Positions 26,824-36,363 of a stretch of 64,000 bases of DNA are shown here, in pieces. Every line of letters begins with the position of its first letter. Position 1 is the first letter of the stretch. The notes under the pieces are model-generated. The model did not search any database. It had not been told where the DNA came from and was given only the letters and a program-made list of their open reading frames with translations. A program made the position numbers and the translations under genes. Origin of the DNA: an uncultured Actinomycetes bacterium (GTDB lineage: Bacteria > Actinomycetota > Actinomycetes > Mycobacteriales > SCTD01); assembly GCA_963784675.1 (NCBI GenBank), contig CAWASE010000016.1:7267-71266 (forward strand). The letters are read 5' to 3'.

Positions 26824-27767
26824 AGGCCTGTGTCACCGCCGAGTTCACCGACGAGGGCGTCGTCCGCCTGGAAGCGCTGGGCTACGTCGTCGAGCGCTGC
26901 GGATGGGGGACGACGCGGCAGGCGCTCACCGGTGCCGACTACCTGTCCGCCGTCGACGGCAGCAGCCTGCTCGTCACCGAGATCGAGACGGTCGACGACA
27001 CCGTGCTCGCGACGCTCCCCGCCCTGCGGCTCGTCGCCACGGCCCGCGGTGGACCCGTCAACGTCGATCTGGCGGCCTGCGCGGCCCGCGGCATCCCCGT
27101 GGTGTTCACGCCGGCCCGCAACGCCGACTCGGTCGCCGACTTCGTGCTGGGCGCGCTGCTGTCGCTGGCCCGCGGCATCAGCGCAGGCGAGCGGCACCTG
27201 CGCTCCGACGGCTGGCTGGTCGACGGCGAGCTGCCCTACCTGCACTTCCGCGGACCACAGCTCGCCGGCCGCACCCTCGGCGTCGTCGGGTACGGCGCCA
27301 TCGGCCGCCGGGTGGCGCAGCGGGCGCGGGACGGCTTCGGCATGCAGGTGCTGTTCACCGACCCGGTCGCCGCCGGCGGCGTGAGCCTGGACGAGCTGCT
27401 GGAACGCTCGGACGTCGTGACGCTGCACTGCCCGCGGGTGCAGGCCACCCGGGGCCTGATCGACGCCGCGGCACTGGCCCGGATGCGCCGCAGCAGCTAT
27501 CTGGTGAACACGGCCGGTGGCGGGATCGTCGACGAGGACGCCCTCGTCGCGGCGCTCACCTCCGGCCGGCTGGCCGGGGCCGCGCTGGACGTGTTCGCGA
27601 CCGAGCCGATGCCGAGGGAGTCGTCGCTGCTGCACGCCCCGAACCTGCTGCTGACCCCCCACCTGGCCGGCGCGGCGCAGGACGTCGTCACCGCGCACAC
27701 CGAGCTGATCTGCGCCGAGGTCGAGCGCTTCCACCGCGGAGAGCCGCTGGTGAACGTGGCGGGGTGA
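26820..27767 (+). CDS. D-isomer-specific 2-hydroxyacid dehydrogenase (PGDH-like)
   Basis: GRTLGVVGYGAIGRRVAQRA, SDVVTLHCP, AALDVFATEP, LLLTPHLAGA. The GTG at 26820 overlaps the kinase TGA. Confidence 0.88.
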   Translation: MKACVTAEFTDEGVVRLEALGYVVERCGWGTTRQALTGADYLSAVDGSSLLVTEIETVDDTVLATLPALRLVATARGGPVNVDLAACAARGIPVVFTPARNADSVADFVLGALLSLARGISAGERHLRSDGWLVDGELPYLHFRGPQLAGRTLGVVGYGAIGRRVAQRARDGFGMQVLFTDPVAAGGVSLDELLERSDVVTLHCPRVQATRGLIDAAALARMRRSSYLVNTAGGGIVDEDALVAALTSGRLAGAALDVFATEPMPRESSLLHAPNLLLTPHLAGAAQDVVTAHTELICAEVERFHRGEPLVNVAG

Positions 27768-27774
27768 CTGCGCC

Positions 27775-28491
27775 TCAGGCCAGGCCGAGCGCGACCTCGA
27801 AGACGGCGGCGGCGGCCCGGGCCTGCGCGCGCTGCTCCGACGCGGTGAACGAGTCGGTCCAAGAACGGCCCGGCAGCTCGTCCCAGACGAACAGCACCGA
27901 GGCAGCGCGCATCTCGAAGGCGCGGGCGGCCGAGAACACGGCCGAGGTCTCCATGTCCACCGCGAGGTAGCCGGCCGTGCGCCAGCGCTCGACCAGGGAG
28001 GGCGGCTGTGCGAGCAGCGCCTCGGTCGTCACGGTCGTGCCGCGGTGGGAGTGGATCCCGCGGGCCACCAGCAGCGACGCGGCCCGGGTGACGCGGCCGA
28101 CGTTCCCCTCGGCGACGCCGCGCCCGCCGTAGTACTGGGACGCGCCCTCGCCGATGACGGCGCGCTCGGACAGGACGATGTCACCGGTCCGCACCTCCGG
28201 CTGCAGGCCGCCGCACGAGCCGATCTGGACGACGACCGGGGTCCCCACCGTGCCCAGGACGTGCACCGGCTCGACGGCCCTCGCCGCTCCGTAGGCGGTG
28301 CAGAACGCGACCGGCATGTCCTTGTACCAGCCGTGCCAGAGGTCGGGCATGCCCAGCTCGCGCACCTCTGAGAGCAGGGGGAGCCGGCTCTCCAGCGCCT
28401 TCTGGCGCCACCACGTGCCTTCCTGCACGAGCAGGCGGGGGACCTCGTCCTCCTCGAGCCCGAGCAGGGTCATCCAGCCGTCACGGTCCAC
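27775..28491 (-). CDS. nucleoside phosphorylase-superfamily protein (PNP/UDP-1 fold)
   Basis: VVVQIGSCGGLQP, GDIVLSERAV, GYLAVDMETSAVFSAARA. Confidence 0.7.
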   Translation of the reverse strand: MDRDGWMTLLGLEEDEVPRLLVQEGTWWRQKALESRLPLLSEVRELGMPDLWHGWYKDMPVAFCTAYGAARAVEPVHVLGTVGTPVVVQIGSCGGLQPEVRTGDIVLSERAVIGEGASQYYGGRGVAEGNVGRVTRAASLLVARGIHSHRGTTVTTEALLAQPPSLVERWRTAGYLAVDMETSAVFSAARAFEMRAASVLFVWDELPGRSWTDSFTASEQRAQARAAAAVFEVALGLA

Positions 28492-28511
28492 GTCGCCAGT
28501 CTCCCGTACCG

Positions 28512-29915
28512 CTAGGACCAGCGCGTGACGACGTGCTTGAGCCGGGTGTAGTCACGCACCGAGTAGGCCGACAGGTCGCTGCCGAACCCGGACGAGGCGT
28601 AGCCGCCGTGCGGCATCTCGGTCGCGAGCACGGAGTGGCAGTTGACCCAGACGGCGCCGAAGTCGAGCGCTCGCGCGGCTCGGGCGGCGCGGGCGTGGTC
28701 GGTCGTCCAGACGCTGGACGCGAGGCCGTAGGGGGTGGCGTTGGCCACGGTCAGCGCCTCGGTCTCGTCGGCGACGCGCTGCACCGTGACCACCGGCCCG
28801 AAGACCTCGTCCGTCGCGAGCTCGTCGTCGCTGCGCACGCCCGCGACGACGGTGGCGGGATACCAGAAGCCGTCGCGGTCCAGCGGGCTGCCGCCGGCGA
28901 GGACCTCCGCGTGCGCGGGGCGGCGATCGACCAGCCCGGCGACCCGGGCGAGCTGGTCGGCGTTGTTGAGGGCGCCGAAGTAACCGTCCGGGCCGGGATC
29001 CAGGGCGGCCGCACCGGCCGCGAGGCGCGCCACCAGCTCGTCGTGGACGCCCGGCGTGGCAAGGACCTTCGTCGCTGCCGTGCAGGACTGACCGGCGTTG
29101 TAGTAGCCGATGTCGAGCAGTCCCTGCACGGTGCGGTCCAGGTCGCAGTCGTCGAACACCAGCACCGGGGCCTTGCCGCCGAGCTCCAGGTGCAGGCGCT
29201 TCACGGTCGGCGCAGCAGCGGCCATCACGGCGCGGCCGGCCCGCACCGACCCGGTCAGGGCGACCATCGCCGGAACCGGGTGCTCGACCATCGCCTGCCC
29301 GGTCGCACGGTCACCGCAGACGACGTTCAGCACGCCCGGCGGCAGCACCTGCGCGGCCAGCTCGGCCAGCATGAGCGGGGTCACCGGAGACGTCTGCGCC
29401 GACTTCAGCACGACGCAGTTGCCGGCCGCCACCGCCGGCGCCCACTTCCAGGTGGCCATCATGAGCGGGTAGTTCCACGGGGTGATCTGCGCGATCACCC
29501 CGAGCGGCTCGCGCCGCAGCACCGACGTGTGCCCCTCGACGTACTCCCCGGCGGCCACGCCCTCCGGCACCCGCGCCGCTCCGGCGCTGAAGCGGATGAC
29601 GTCCAGCACGTGCGGGATCTCGGCGCGCATCATGGCGACCGGCTTGCCGGTGTTGCGGACCTCGGCGGCGACGAACTCCTCCGCGCGCTCTTCCAGCAGG
29701 TCGGCCAGCCGCAGCAGCAGCCGGAACCGCTCGCCCGGCGTGCGGTCGCGCCAGCCGGGGAAGGCGCCCGCCGCGGCCGCGAACGCGGCGTCGAGATCGG
29801 CGGGTCCGGCGACGGGCGCGTCGTCATAGCGGTGACCGGTCGCGGGGTCGACGACGGGGGTGACGGCGTCGATCAGCCCTGGCTGCCGGGCGCCGCCGTA
29901 GAAGTGGTGAAGCAC
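28512..29915 (-). CDS. NAD(P)-dependent aldehyde dehydrogenase
   Basis: ITPWNYPLMMATWKWAPAVAAGN, LHLELGGKAPVLVF, NAGQSCTAATKV (catalytic Cys), EVFGPV. Confidence 0.92.
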   Translation of the reverse strand: MLHHFYGGARQPGLIDAVTPVVDPATGHRYDDAPVAGPADLDAAFAAAAGAFPGWRDRTPGERFRLLLRLADLLEERAEEFVAAEVRNTGKPVAMMRAEIPHVLDVIRFSAGAARVPEGVAAGEYVEGHTSVLRREPLGVIAQITPWNYPLMMATWKWAPAVAAGNCVVLKSAQTSPVTPLMLAELAAQVLPPGVLNVVCGDRATGQAMVEHPVPAMVALTGSVRAGRAVMAAAAPTVKRLHLELGGKAPVLVFDDCDLDRTVQGLLDIGYYNAGQSCTAATKVLATPGVHDELVARLAAGAAALDPGPDGYFGALNNADQLARVAGLVDRRPAHAEVLAGGSPLDRDGFWYPATVVAGVRSDDELATDEVFGPVVTVQRVADETEALTVANATPYGLASSVWTTDHARAARAARALDFGAVWVNCHSVLATEMPHGGYASSGFGSDLSAYSVRDYTRLKHVVTRWS

Positions 29916-29995
29916 CAGGGCAGGCTAGTGGCGCGCAGGCCGGCATCAACGCCGGTGCATGACCCGGGTAGGTTGACCCGACCTCATCAACGGGA

Positions 29996-31273
29996 GTGCA
30001 TATGTCTTCGCTGCGCCGCTCTGTCCGCCTGCCCGCCACGGCGCTGCTCGGACTGTGCGCCCTCACGCTCGCGGCCTGCGGCAGCAACGACCCCGGGCCG
30101 TCGACCGCCGCGGCCCCCGCAGCGTCGGCGTCGGCGGGCGGCTACGACGCGGTGCTCGCCGCAGCCAAGGGCCAGACGGTCAACTGGTACATGTACGGCG
30201 GTGACGACCGGCTCAACGCCTACGTCAACGGCTACGTGAAGACCGAGCTCGGCAAGCTCGGCGTCACCCTCAACCAGGTGAAGATCAACGACACCGCCGA
30301 GGCCGTGAACAAGGTGCTCGGCGAGAAGCAGGCCGGCAAGGACACGGACGGCAGCGTCGACCTCATCTGGATCAACGGGGAGAACTTCGCCACCCTGAAG
30401 CAGGCCGACGCGGTGTTCTGCGGCTACGTCCAGGACCTGCCGAGCACGGCCAACGTCGACCTCACCAAGCCGGGCATCGCCACCGACTTCGGCACGTCCA
30501 CCGACGGGTGCGAGGTGCCGTGGCAGCAGGCCACGAGTGCGCTGGTCTACGACTCGACGGCGCTCACCGACAACGACACGACCAGCGTCCAGGCGCTGTT
30601 CGACTGGAGCGCAGCCCACCCCGGCCGGCTCACCTACGCCACCCCGCCGGACTTCAACGGCTCGATGGCCGTGCGCACGTTCTTCTTCGACACCGCCGGC
30701 GGGGCCGACCAGTTCCTCGGCCCGTTCGACCAGGCGAAGTTCGACGCCGCGGCGCCGAAGCTGTGGGACCGGCTGAACGCGCTCGAGCCGTCGCTCTGGC
30801 GCGGCGGGAAGACCTACCCGGCGTCCCAGCCCGAGGTCGAGAAGCTCTTCGCCGGAGGCGAGATCGACGCCTACCTGACCTACGGGTCGAGCAGCGTCGG
30901 CGCCCTGGTGGAGAAGGGCACGCTGCCGAAGACCACCCGCGAGGCGGTCTTCGACGACGGCAACATCGGCAACTACAGCTTCACCGCGATCCCGTCCAAC
31001 GCCGCCCACAAGGAGGGCGCGCAGGTGCTCGCCAACCTGCTGCTGTCGCCGGCGGCGGCGCTGGTCAACGCCGGTCCGGACGGCGCCGGCTTCACCTCCG
31101 CGATCGACCTGGCCAAGCTGCCGGCGGAGCAGGCGGCCCAGTTCACGGCGCTGCAGGACTCGCCGTACCAGGTGCCGGCAGCCGAGCTCGCGGCAAACAC
31201 GCTGCCGGAGGTCGTCTCGGCCTACGTGGACGCGCTGGAGAAGGGCTGGAAGGCGAACGTCCTGCAGAAGTAG
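29996..31273 (+). CDS. ABC transporter substrate-binding lipoprotein (YnjB-like / solute-binding family 1 type)
   Basis: Lipobox LTLAAC|GSND. 425 aa. Followed by two permeases and an ATPase. Confidence 0.8.
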   Translation: MHMSSLRRSVRLPATALLGLCALTLAACGSNDPGPSTAAAPAASASAGGYDAVLAAAKGQTVNWYMYGGDDRLNAYVNGYVKTELGKLGVTLNQVKINDTAEAVNKVLGEKQAGKDTDGSVDLIWINGENFATLKQADAVFCGYVQDLPSTANVDLTKPGIATDFGTSTDGCEVPWQQATSALVYDSTALTDNDTTSVQALFDWSAAHPGRLTYATPPDFNGSMAVRTFFFDTAGGADQFLGPFDQAKFDAAAPKLWDRLNALEPSLWRGGKTYPASQPEVEKLFAGGEIDAYLTYGSSSVGALVEKGTLPKTTREAVFDDGNIGNYSFTAIPSNAAHKEGAQVLANLLLSPAAALVNAGPDGAGFTSAIDLAKLPAEQAAQFTALQDSPYQVPAAELAANTLPEVVSAYVDALEKGWKANVLQK

Positions 31274-31297
31274 GTCGGTCGAGAGCACCCTGTCCAG

Positions 31298-32227
31298 ATG
31301 AGCACCGTCCTCGCCTCGCGCCGGGCGCTGCCGCGCAGGAAGGGTCAGCTGCCCCAGGGCGTGCGCACCCTGCTGCTGCTCTCGCCCGCGCTGGTCGTGG
31401 TGGTCGGGCTGTTCCTCGGCGGACTGTCGCTGGGGGTCGCGCAGTCGCTCGGCTACCAGCCCTTCCTCGGCGCCACGACCCTGTCGACCGACGCCTACCG
31501 CGGCCTGGTCGACGACGTCGAGGTGCGCCGCTCGCTGCTGCTGACCTTCCGGCTGGCGTCGTTGTCGACGGCCGTCTCGGCGGTGCTCGCGGTGGCGTCG
31601 GCGCTGCTGCTGCGCGCCACCCGCCGCGGGCGGCGGGCCGCCACGGTGCTGTTCCAGGCGAGCCTGCCGGTGCCGCACCTGGTGGGCGCGGCGGCGATGC
31701 TGCTGCTGCTCGGGCAGAGCGGGCTGCTCTCCAGGGTGCTGTTCGCCGTCGGCCTGGTCGAGTCGCCGGCCGACGCCCCGGTGCTCACCAACGACAGCTT
31801 CGGGTGGGCCATCCTGGCCGAGTACGTCTGGAAGGAGACGCCGTTCATCGGCGTCGTCGTGCTGGCTGCCCTGTCCGGCGGGGTGGCCGACCTGGAGAGT
31901 GCCGCGCGGACGCTCGGCGCGGGTGCGTGGCAACGGTTCCGCTTCGTCGTGCTGCCGCTCATCACGCCGGCGGTGGTCTCGACCTCGGTCATCGTGTTCG
32001 CGTTCACCTTCGGCTCCTACGAGGTCCCGCTGCTGCTGGGCCAGCCGTTCCCGGCGACGCTGCCGGTCGTCGCCTTCCAGGCGTACTCCGACACCGACCT
32101 CACGGCCCGGCCGCGGGCGATGGCGATCGCGGTGGTGATCGCGGTGCTGGTCTCGGTGGTGGTGCTGGCCTACACGGTGCTCACCGAGCGCGTGCTGCGT
32201 CCGGCCGGCGCGCGGACCCGCCGATGA
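31298..32227 (+). CDS. ABC transporter permease
   Basis: Six-TM pattern and an EAA-like loop (ESAARTLGAGAWQRFRFVVLPLITP). Confidence 0.85.
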   Translation: MSTVLASRRALPRRKGQLPQGVRTLLLLSPALVVVVGLFLGGLSLGVAQSLGYQPFLGATTLSTDAYRGLVDDVEVRRSLLLTFRLASLSTAVSAVLAVASALLLRATRRGRRAATVLFQASLPVPHLVGAAAMLLLLGQSGLLSRVLFAVGLVESPADAPVLTNDSFGWAILAEYVWKETPFIGVVVLAALSGGVADLESAARTLGAGAWQRFRFVVLPLITPAVVSTSVIVFAFTFGSYEVPLLLGQPFPATLPVVAFQAYSDTDLTARPRAMAIAVVIAVLVSVVVLAYTVLTERVLRPAGARTRR

Positions 32228-33036
32228 AGGGCCTCGGCGCCGCGGTGCGGGCGGTGGGCCTGCCCCTGGTGCTGCTGGGGCTGCTCGTGCCGTTCCTGCC
32301 GCTGCTGCTGTGGTCGGTGGCGCAGCGCTACCCGTACCCGGCGCTGCTGCCGACCGAGACCGGGGCGCGGCCGCTGCGGCTGCTGGCAGACCCGTCGTCG
32401 GAGGTGCTCGTCGGCCTCGTCAACAGCACGGTCATCGCCGTGTCGGTCGCGGCCGTCGCCTCGCTGATCGGGCTCTGTGCGGGCCGGGCGCTGGGTCTGC
32501 ACGCCTTCGCCGGCAGACGGCTGGTGCAGTTCCTGCTGCTGCTGCCGGTGATCGTCCCGGGCATCGCCGTGACGCTGGGCATCCAGGTCTTCTTCATCCG
32601 CTATGGCCTGGCCGACACCCGCCGCGGGGTGGTGCTGGTGCACCTGCTGGCCGCCGTGCCCTACGTGTCGCTGGTGATGTCGAGCGTGTTCGCCAACCTG
32701 GACCTGCGGCTGGAGGAGCAGGCCCGGGTGCTGGGAGCGAGCCCGTGGCAGGTGCTGCTGCGCGTCACGCTGCCAGCCGTCGCGCCCGGGCTCGCGGTCG
32801 CGGCGACGTTCGCGTTCCTGATCTCGTGGGGTGAGTACCTGCTCACGCTGCTCGTCGGCGGTGGGGCGGTGAAGACGCTGCCGCTGCTGCTCTACGCCTA
32901 CCTCGGCAGCACCGACATCCCGGTCGCGGCGACGCTGGGCCTGGCGCTGGTGCTGCCGCCGATGCTGCTGCTGGCCTTCACCTCGCGTTTCCTCACCGGC
33001 GCCGCGACACCGCTGGCTGGCTTCGGGCGGCTCTGA
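32224..33036 (+). CDS. ABC transporter permease
   Basis: ATG at 32224 (ATGA overlap). EAA-like loop EEQARVLGASPWQVLLRVTLPAVAP. It is the last 270 codons of track ORF 30508..33036. Confidence 0.85.
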   Translation: MKGLGAAVRAVGLPLVLLGLLVPFLPLLLWSVAQRYPYPALLPTETGARPLRLLADPSSEVLVGLVNSTVIAVSVAAVASLIGLCAGRALGLHAFAGRRLVQFLLLLPVIVPGIAVTLGIQVFFIRYGLADTRRGVVLVHLLAAVPYVSLVMSSVFANLDLRLEEQARVLGASPWQVLLRVTLPAVAPGLAVAATFAFLISWGEYLLTLLVGGGAVKTLPLLLYAYLGSTDIPVAATLGLALVLPPMLLLAFTSRFLTGAATPLAGFGRL

Positions 33037-34061
33037 TGGCGACCCGCGTGCAGCTCACCGACCTCACCGTCGACTACGGCGCCGAGCCGGTCGTCGACCG
33101 TCTCGACCTGGACGTCGAGCCGGGGACGCTGGTGGCCCTGCTCGGGCCCAGCGGCTGCGGCAAGAGCACCACGCTGCGCGCCGTCGCGGGCCTGCAGCAG
33201 CCCAGGTCGGGCGACATCCTGTTCAACGGCGTCAGCGTCCTGCAGGTGGCGCCGGAGAAGCGCCCGGTCGCGATGGTGTTCCAGTCGCCGCTGCTGTTCC
33301 CGCACATGAGCATCGGGGACAACGTCGCCTTCGGCCTGCGCATGCGCGGAGTCGGTCGTGGCGAGCGGCGCCGCCGGGCCCAGGAGGCGCTGGAGCGGGT
33401 GCAGCTTCCCGGCGTCGCCGCGCGGCGCCCCGGCGAGCTGTCGGGGGGTCAGGAGCAGCGCGTCTCGCTCGCGCGCGCCCTGGTCGTGGAGCCTGACGTG
33501 CTGCTGCTCGACGAACCCTTCAGCGCGCTCGATGCCGCGCTACGCGTCGAGGTGCGCGACCTGGTCGCCCGGCTGCAGCGCGAGTCGGGCATCACCACCC
33601 TGTTCGTGACGCACGACCAGGAGGAGGCGACGGTGCTCGCCGACCGGGTCGCGCTCATGCTCAGCGGGCGGCTGCAGCAGGTGGGCGCGCCGCGCGAGTT
33701 CTACGAGCAGCCTGCCTCGTTGCGCGTCGCCCGCTTCTTCGGCACCGCGAACGCGGTGGAGGGGGTCGTGCAGGCCGGCGTGTGGCGCGGCCCGCTGGGC
33801 GCGATCACGGTCGGCGGGGCGGACGGCCCGGCGACGCTCGTCGTCCGGCAGGAGGCGGTGCGGGTCGTCGCCGCCGACGCCCCCGGGCTGGACGCCGTGG
33901 TCACCCGGACGACCTATACCGGCACGGGGGTCCGCGCCGTGGCGATCCTGACGGACGGCACCGAGCTGGCGCTGGTCGTCGCCCCGACCGACCGGGTGTC
34001 CGCCGGCGACCGGGTGCGGCTGCACGTGCCGGCGGAGTGGTGCTCCGCCGTGCGCCCCTGA
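33036..34061 (+). CDS. ABC transporter ATP-binding protein
   Basis: Walker A GPSGCGKST, signature LSGGQEQRVSLARAL, Walker B LLLDEPFSALD, C-terminal TOBE-like domain. Confidence 0.93.
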   Translation: MATRVQLTDLTVDYGAEPVVDRLDLDVEPGTLVALLGPSGCGKSTTLRAVAGLQQPRSGDILFNGVSVLQVAPEKRPVAMVFQSPLLFPHMSIGDNVAFGLRMRGVGRGERRRRAQEALERVQLPGVAARRPGELSGGQEQRVSLARALVVEPDVLLLDEPFSALDAALRVEVRDLVARLQRESGITTLFVTHDQEEATVLADRVALMLSGRLQQVGAPREFYEQPASLRVARFFGTANAVEGVVQAGVWRGPLGAITVGGADGPATLVVRQEAVRVVAADAPGLDAVVTRTTYTGTGVRAVAILTDGTELALVVAPTDRVSAGDRVRLHVPAEWCSAVRP

Positions 34062-34124
34062 CGCCGCCGGGCCCACCGCCGGCGTCGGCTCCGGGCTCCG
34101 GGCTCGGCCCCGGCCCCGGCCGGC

Positions 34125-35690
34125 TCAGGCCAGCCGGTCGCGCAGGGCCTGCTTGTCGGTCTTGCCGACGGCGTTGCGGGGGAGCGCTCCGACGACCTCC
34201 ACCACCTTGGGGGCGGCGTAGTCGGCCATCCCCTCGCGTACCCAGGCCCGCACCTGGGCCGGCGTGACCGGGGCCGAGCAGACCAGGAACGCGGCCACGG
34301 CCTCGCCCGCCAGCGCGTCGGGGACGCCGACGACCGCGCAGTCGTCGACGGCCGGGTGGCGGCGCAGCAGCTCTTCGACCTCGGCGGAGAAGATCTTCGT
34401 CCCGCCGCGGTTGATCATGTCCTTGGTGCGGTCCAGGATCCACACGTAGCCGTCGTCGTCCGTGCGGGCGATGTCGCCGGTGTCGAACCAGCCGTCGACG
34501 ATGGCCCGCGCGGTGGCCGCGGGGTCGCCGGCGTACCCGGTGGTCACCAGCGAGCCGCGCAGCCACAGCTGACCAGGCGCACCGGCCGGCAGCTCGGTCC
34601 CGTCGTCGTCGCGGATCGCCGCCGCCATGCAGTCCAGCGTCCGACCGACGCTGCCGGGACGCGCGCGCAGGTCGTCGTCGGTGGCGATGCAGCCGGGGGA
34701 GTGCGTCTCGGACAGCCCGTACACGTCGTGCAGCCGCACGCCGGGCAGGGCGTCGCGCAGGGCCTGCTGCAGGTCGGCGGGGAAGGGTGCTCCGCCGGCC
34801 GCGAGCCGGACCAGCGCCGGCAGCTCGCGCAGGGCAGGCACGCGCAGGCAGAGACGCCACCACGACGGCACCGCGTAGGCCCAGCTCACGCGGTGGCGGG
34901 CCAGCAGCGCCACGTACTCCTTCGGGCTGGCGGTGTCGACGAGCACGCACGAGGCGCCGGCGAGCATGGCCGGCAGCACGTGGGCGTGCATCGCCGAGAT
35001 GTAGTACATCGGGAACAGCACGGCTGTGACGTCGTCCGGGCCCAGCCCCAGCACCCGCTGATAGCTCATGCCCGAGTGCACCGAGCAGCGGTGGACGACC
35101 TGCGACGCCTTCGGGCGGCCGGTGGTCCCGGAGGTGTAGACGATCGCGTACGTGGCCGCCTCGTCCGGCCGGTCCGCGGCCGTGAACGCCCACCGGTGCG
35201 GGCCGGCCTCGCGCAGGACGTCGGCCAACGGTTCGGCGTCGACCGCTCCGGCGGACCGCAGACCCGTCAGGTGCTCGGGACCCGCCAGGGCCAGCGCCAC
35301 CTGCGAGTGCTCGAGCATGTAGGTCCACTGCGGCGCAGCGAGCCGGGTGTTCAGCCCGACCAGGACCAGCCCCGCCCGCGCGCAGGCAAACACGGCGGTC
35401 GCCAGGTCCAGCGTGTTGCCCGAAGCCACGGCGACCGACGACCCGGGCTCGGGGCAGCGCGCTGCCAGGGCCCTCGCGGCGCTCTCGACCCGGTCTGCGA
35501 AGGCGGTGAACGTGACGGTGGTCCCGTCGACGTCGACGAAGCACCCGCGGTCCGGCCAGCGCTGCACGGCACGGTCGAGCACGTCCAGGACGGTCGCCGG
35601 GCGACGAGCGTAGGAGCGGGCCGGCGCGCCCAGCCAGCGCTGCTCGACGACGGGGTCGCCGGCCCGGTCGTCGAGGTCGTGCCCGCTCAT
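34125..35690 (-). CDS. AMP-dependent synthetase/ligase (fatty-acyl-AMP/CoA ligase-like)
   Basis: IVYTSGTTGRPKA, VYGLSETHSP, WFDTGDIA, INRGGTKIFSAEVE, PRNAVGKTDK. Confidence 0.9.
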   Translation of the reverse strand: MSGHDLDDRAGDPVVEQRWLGAPARSYARRPATVLDVLDRAVQRWPDRGCFVDVDGTTVTFTAFADRVESAARALAARCPEPGSSVAVASGNTLDLATAVFACARAGLVLVGLNTRLAAPQWTYMLEHSQVALALAGPEHLTGLRSAGAVDAEPLADVLREAGPHRWAFTAADRPDEAATYAIVYTSGTTGRPKASQVVHRCSVHSGMSYQRVLGLGPDDVTAVLFPMYYISAMHAHVLPAMLAGASCVLVDTASPKEYVALLARHRVSWAYAVPSWWRLCLRVPALRELPALVRLAAGGAPFPADLQQALRDALPGVRLHDVYGLSETHSPGCIATDDDLRARPGSVGRTLDCMAAAIRDDDGTELPAGAPGQLWLRGSLVTTGYAGDPAATARAIVDGWFDTGDIARTDDDGYVWILDRTKDMINRGGTKIFSAEVEELLRRHPAVDDCAVVGVPDALAGEAVAAFLVCSAPVTPAQVRAWVREGMADYAAPKVVEVVGALPRNAVGKTDKQALRDRLA

Positions 35691-35704
35691 CTACCGTCCA
35701 GGCC

Positions 35705-35980
35705 GTGGACAGGACGGACGTGCTCAGGCAGGTGCAGGCCCAGGCCGTCGCGCTGCTCGGGGCCGGTGCCGCGCTGCCCGAGCAGACGCTGTTCGCCGAC
35801 GACCTGGGCCTGGACTCCCTCGCCCTGGTCGACTGGACGCTGGCGCTGGAGGACTGCTTCGACATCGAGCTGCCGGAGGAGGACGTGACCGCCGTGCCCA
35901 CCCTCGGCGGCCTGGTCGACCTGATCGTGCGCACCCTGGACGTCGGCCACGGGACAGCGGCTCAGCACGGCTCCTCGTAG
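35705..35980 (+). CDS. phosphopantetheine-binding carrier protein (stand-alone ACP/PCP)
   Basis: FADDLGLDSLALVDWTLALEDCFDIELPEED. The GTG start is only 14 bp from the divergent ligase start. Confidence 0.8.
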   Translation: MDRTDVLRQVQAQAVALLGAGAALPEQTLFADDLGLDSLALVDWTLALEDCFDIELPEEDVTAVPTLGGLVDLIVRTLDVGHGTAAQHGSS

Positions 35981-36267
35981 GCCGTCACCGCGGCACGCGC
36001 GGCCATCCCGGACAGCCGCTCGGACAGCAACCGCAGGGTGGCCGACCGGACCCGGTAGACGCGCAGGTTGCTGCAGACGGTGCTCTCGACCAGCGCGCTC
36101 TGGCGCAGCACCCGCAGGTGGTGGGAGACCAGCGGCTGCGACATGCCGGTGGCCGACACCAGGTCCCGCGTGCACAGCTGCTGGTCGGTCAGCAGTCTCA
36201 GCAGCTCGATGCGACGCGGCTCGGCGAGCGCGTTGAGCACGCTGGCGTTGTCGACGTCGTCACTCAC
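35962..36267 (-). CDS. ArsR/SmtB-family transcriptional regulator
   Basis: The GTG at 36267 gives VSDDVDNASVLNALAEPRRIELLRLLTDQQLCTRDLVSATGMSQPLVSHHLRVLRQSALV (winged HTH). Confidence 0.85.
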   Translation of the reverse strand: MSDDVDNASVLNALAEPRRIELLRLLTDQQLCTRDLVSATGMSQPLVSHHLRVLRQSALVESTVCSNLRVYRVRSATLRLLSERLSGMAARAAVTAYEEPC

Positions 36268-36328
36268 GCGACCAGCGTTCCACACGAGCACGGGGTGTCC
36301 CTCGCCTTGACAGGAGGGAGCGAGGTGT

Positions 36329-36355
36329 CTTGACACCTGGCGAAGTTGTGTCAAG
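36329..36355. promoter_or_regulatory. perfect 8-bp inverted repeat (cttgacac-N11-gtgtcaag) in the ArsR/TetR divergent intergenic region; candidate operator
   Basis: cttgacac at 36329-36336 and gtgtcaag at 36348-36355. Both arms contain ttgaca-like hexamers, and another ttgaca lies at ~36307. It sits just upstream of the probable TetR start at 36364. Confidence 0.5.
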
Positions 36356-36363
36356 GTGACCTG

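Noticed and set aside
29987-31933. 648-aa minus-strand ORF, and the first ~570 codons of 30508..33036 (+)
   Set aside because: The first is antisense and the second is out of frame relative to the well-supported binding-protein and permease genes. Both have low-complexity composition.
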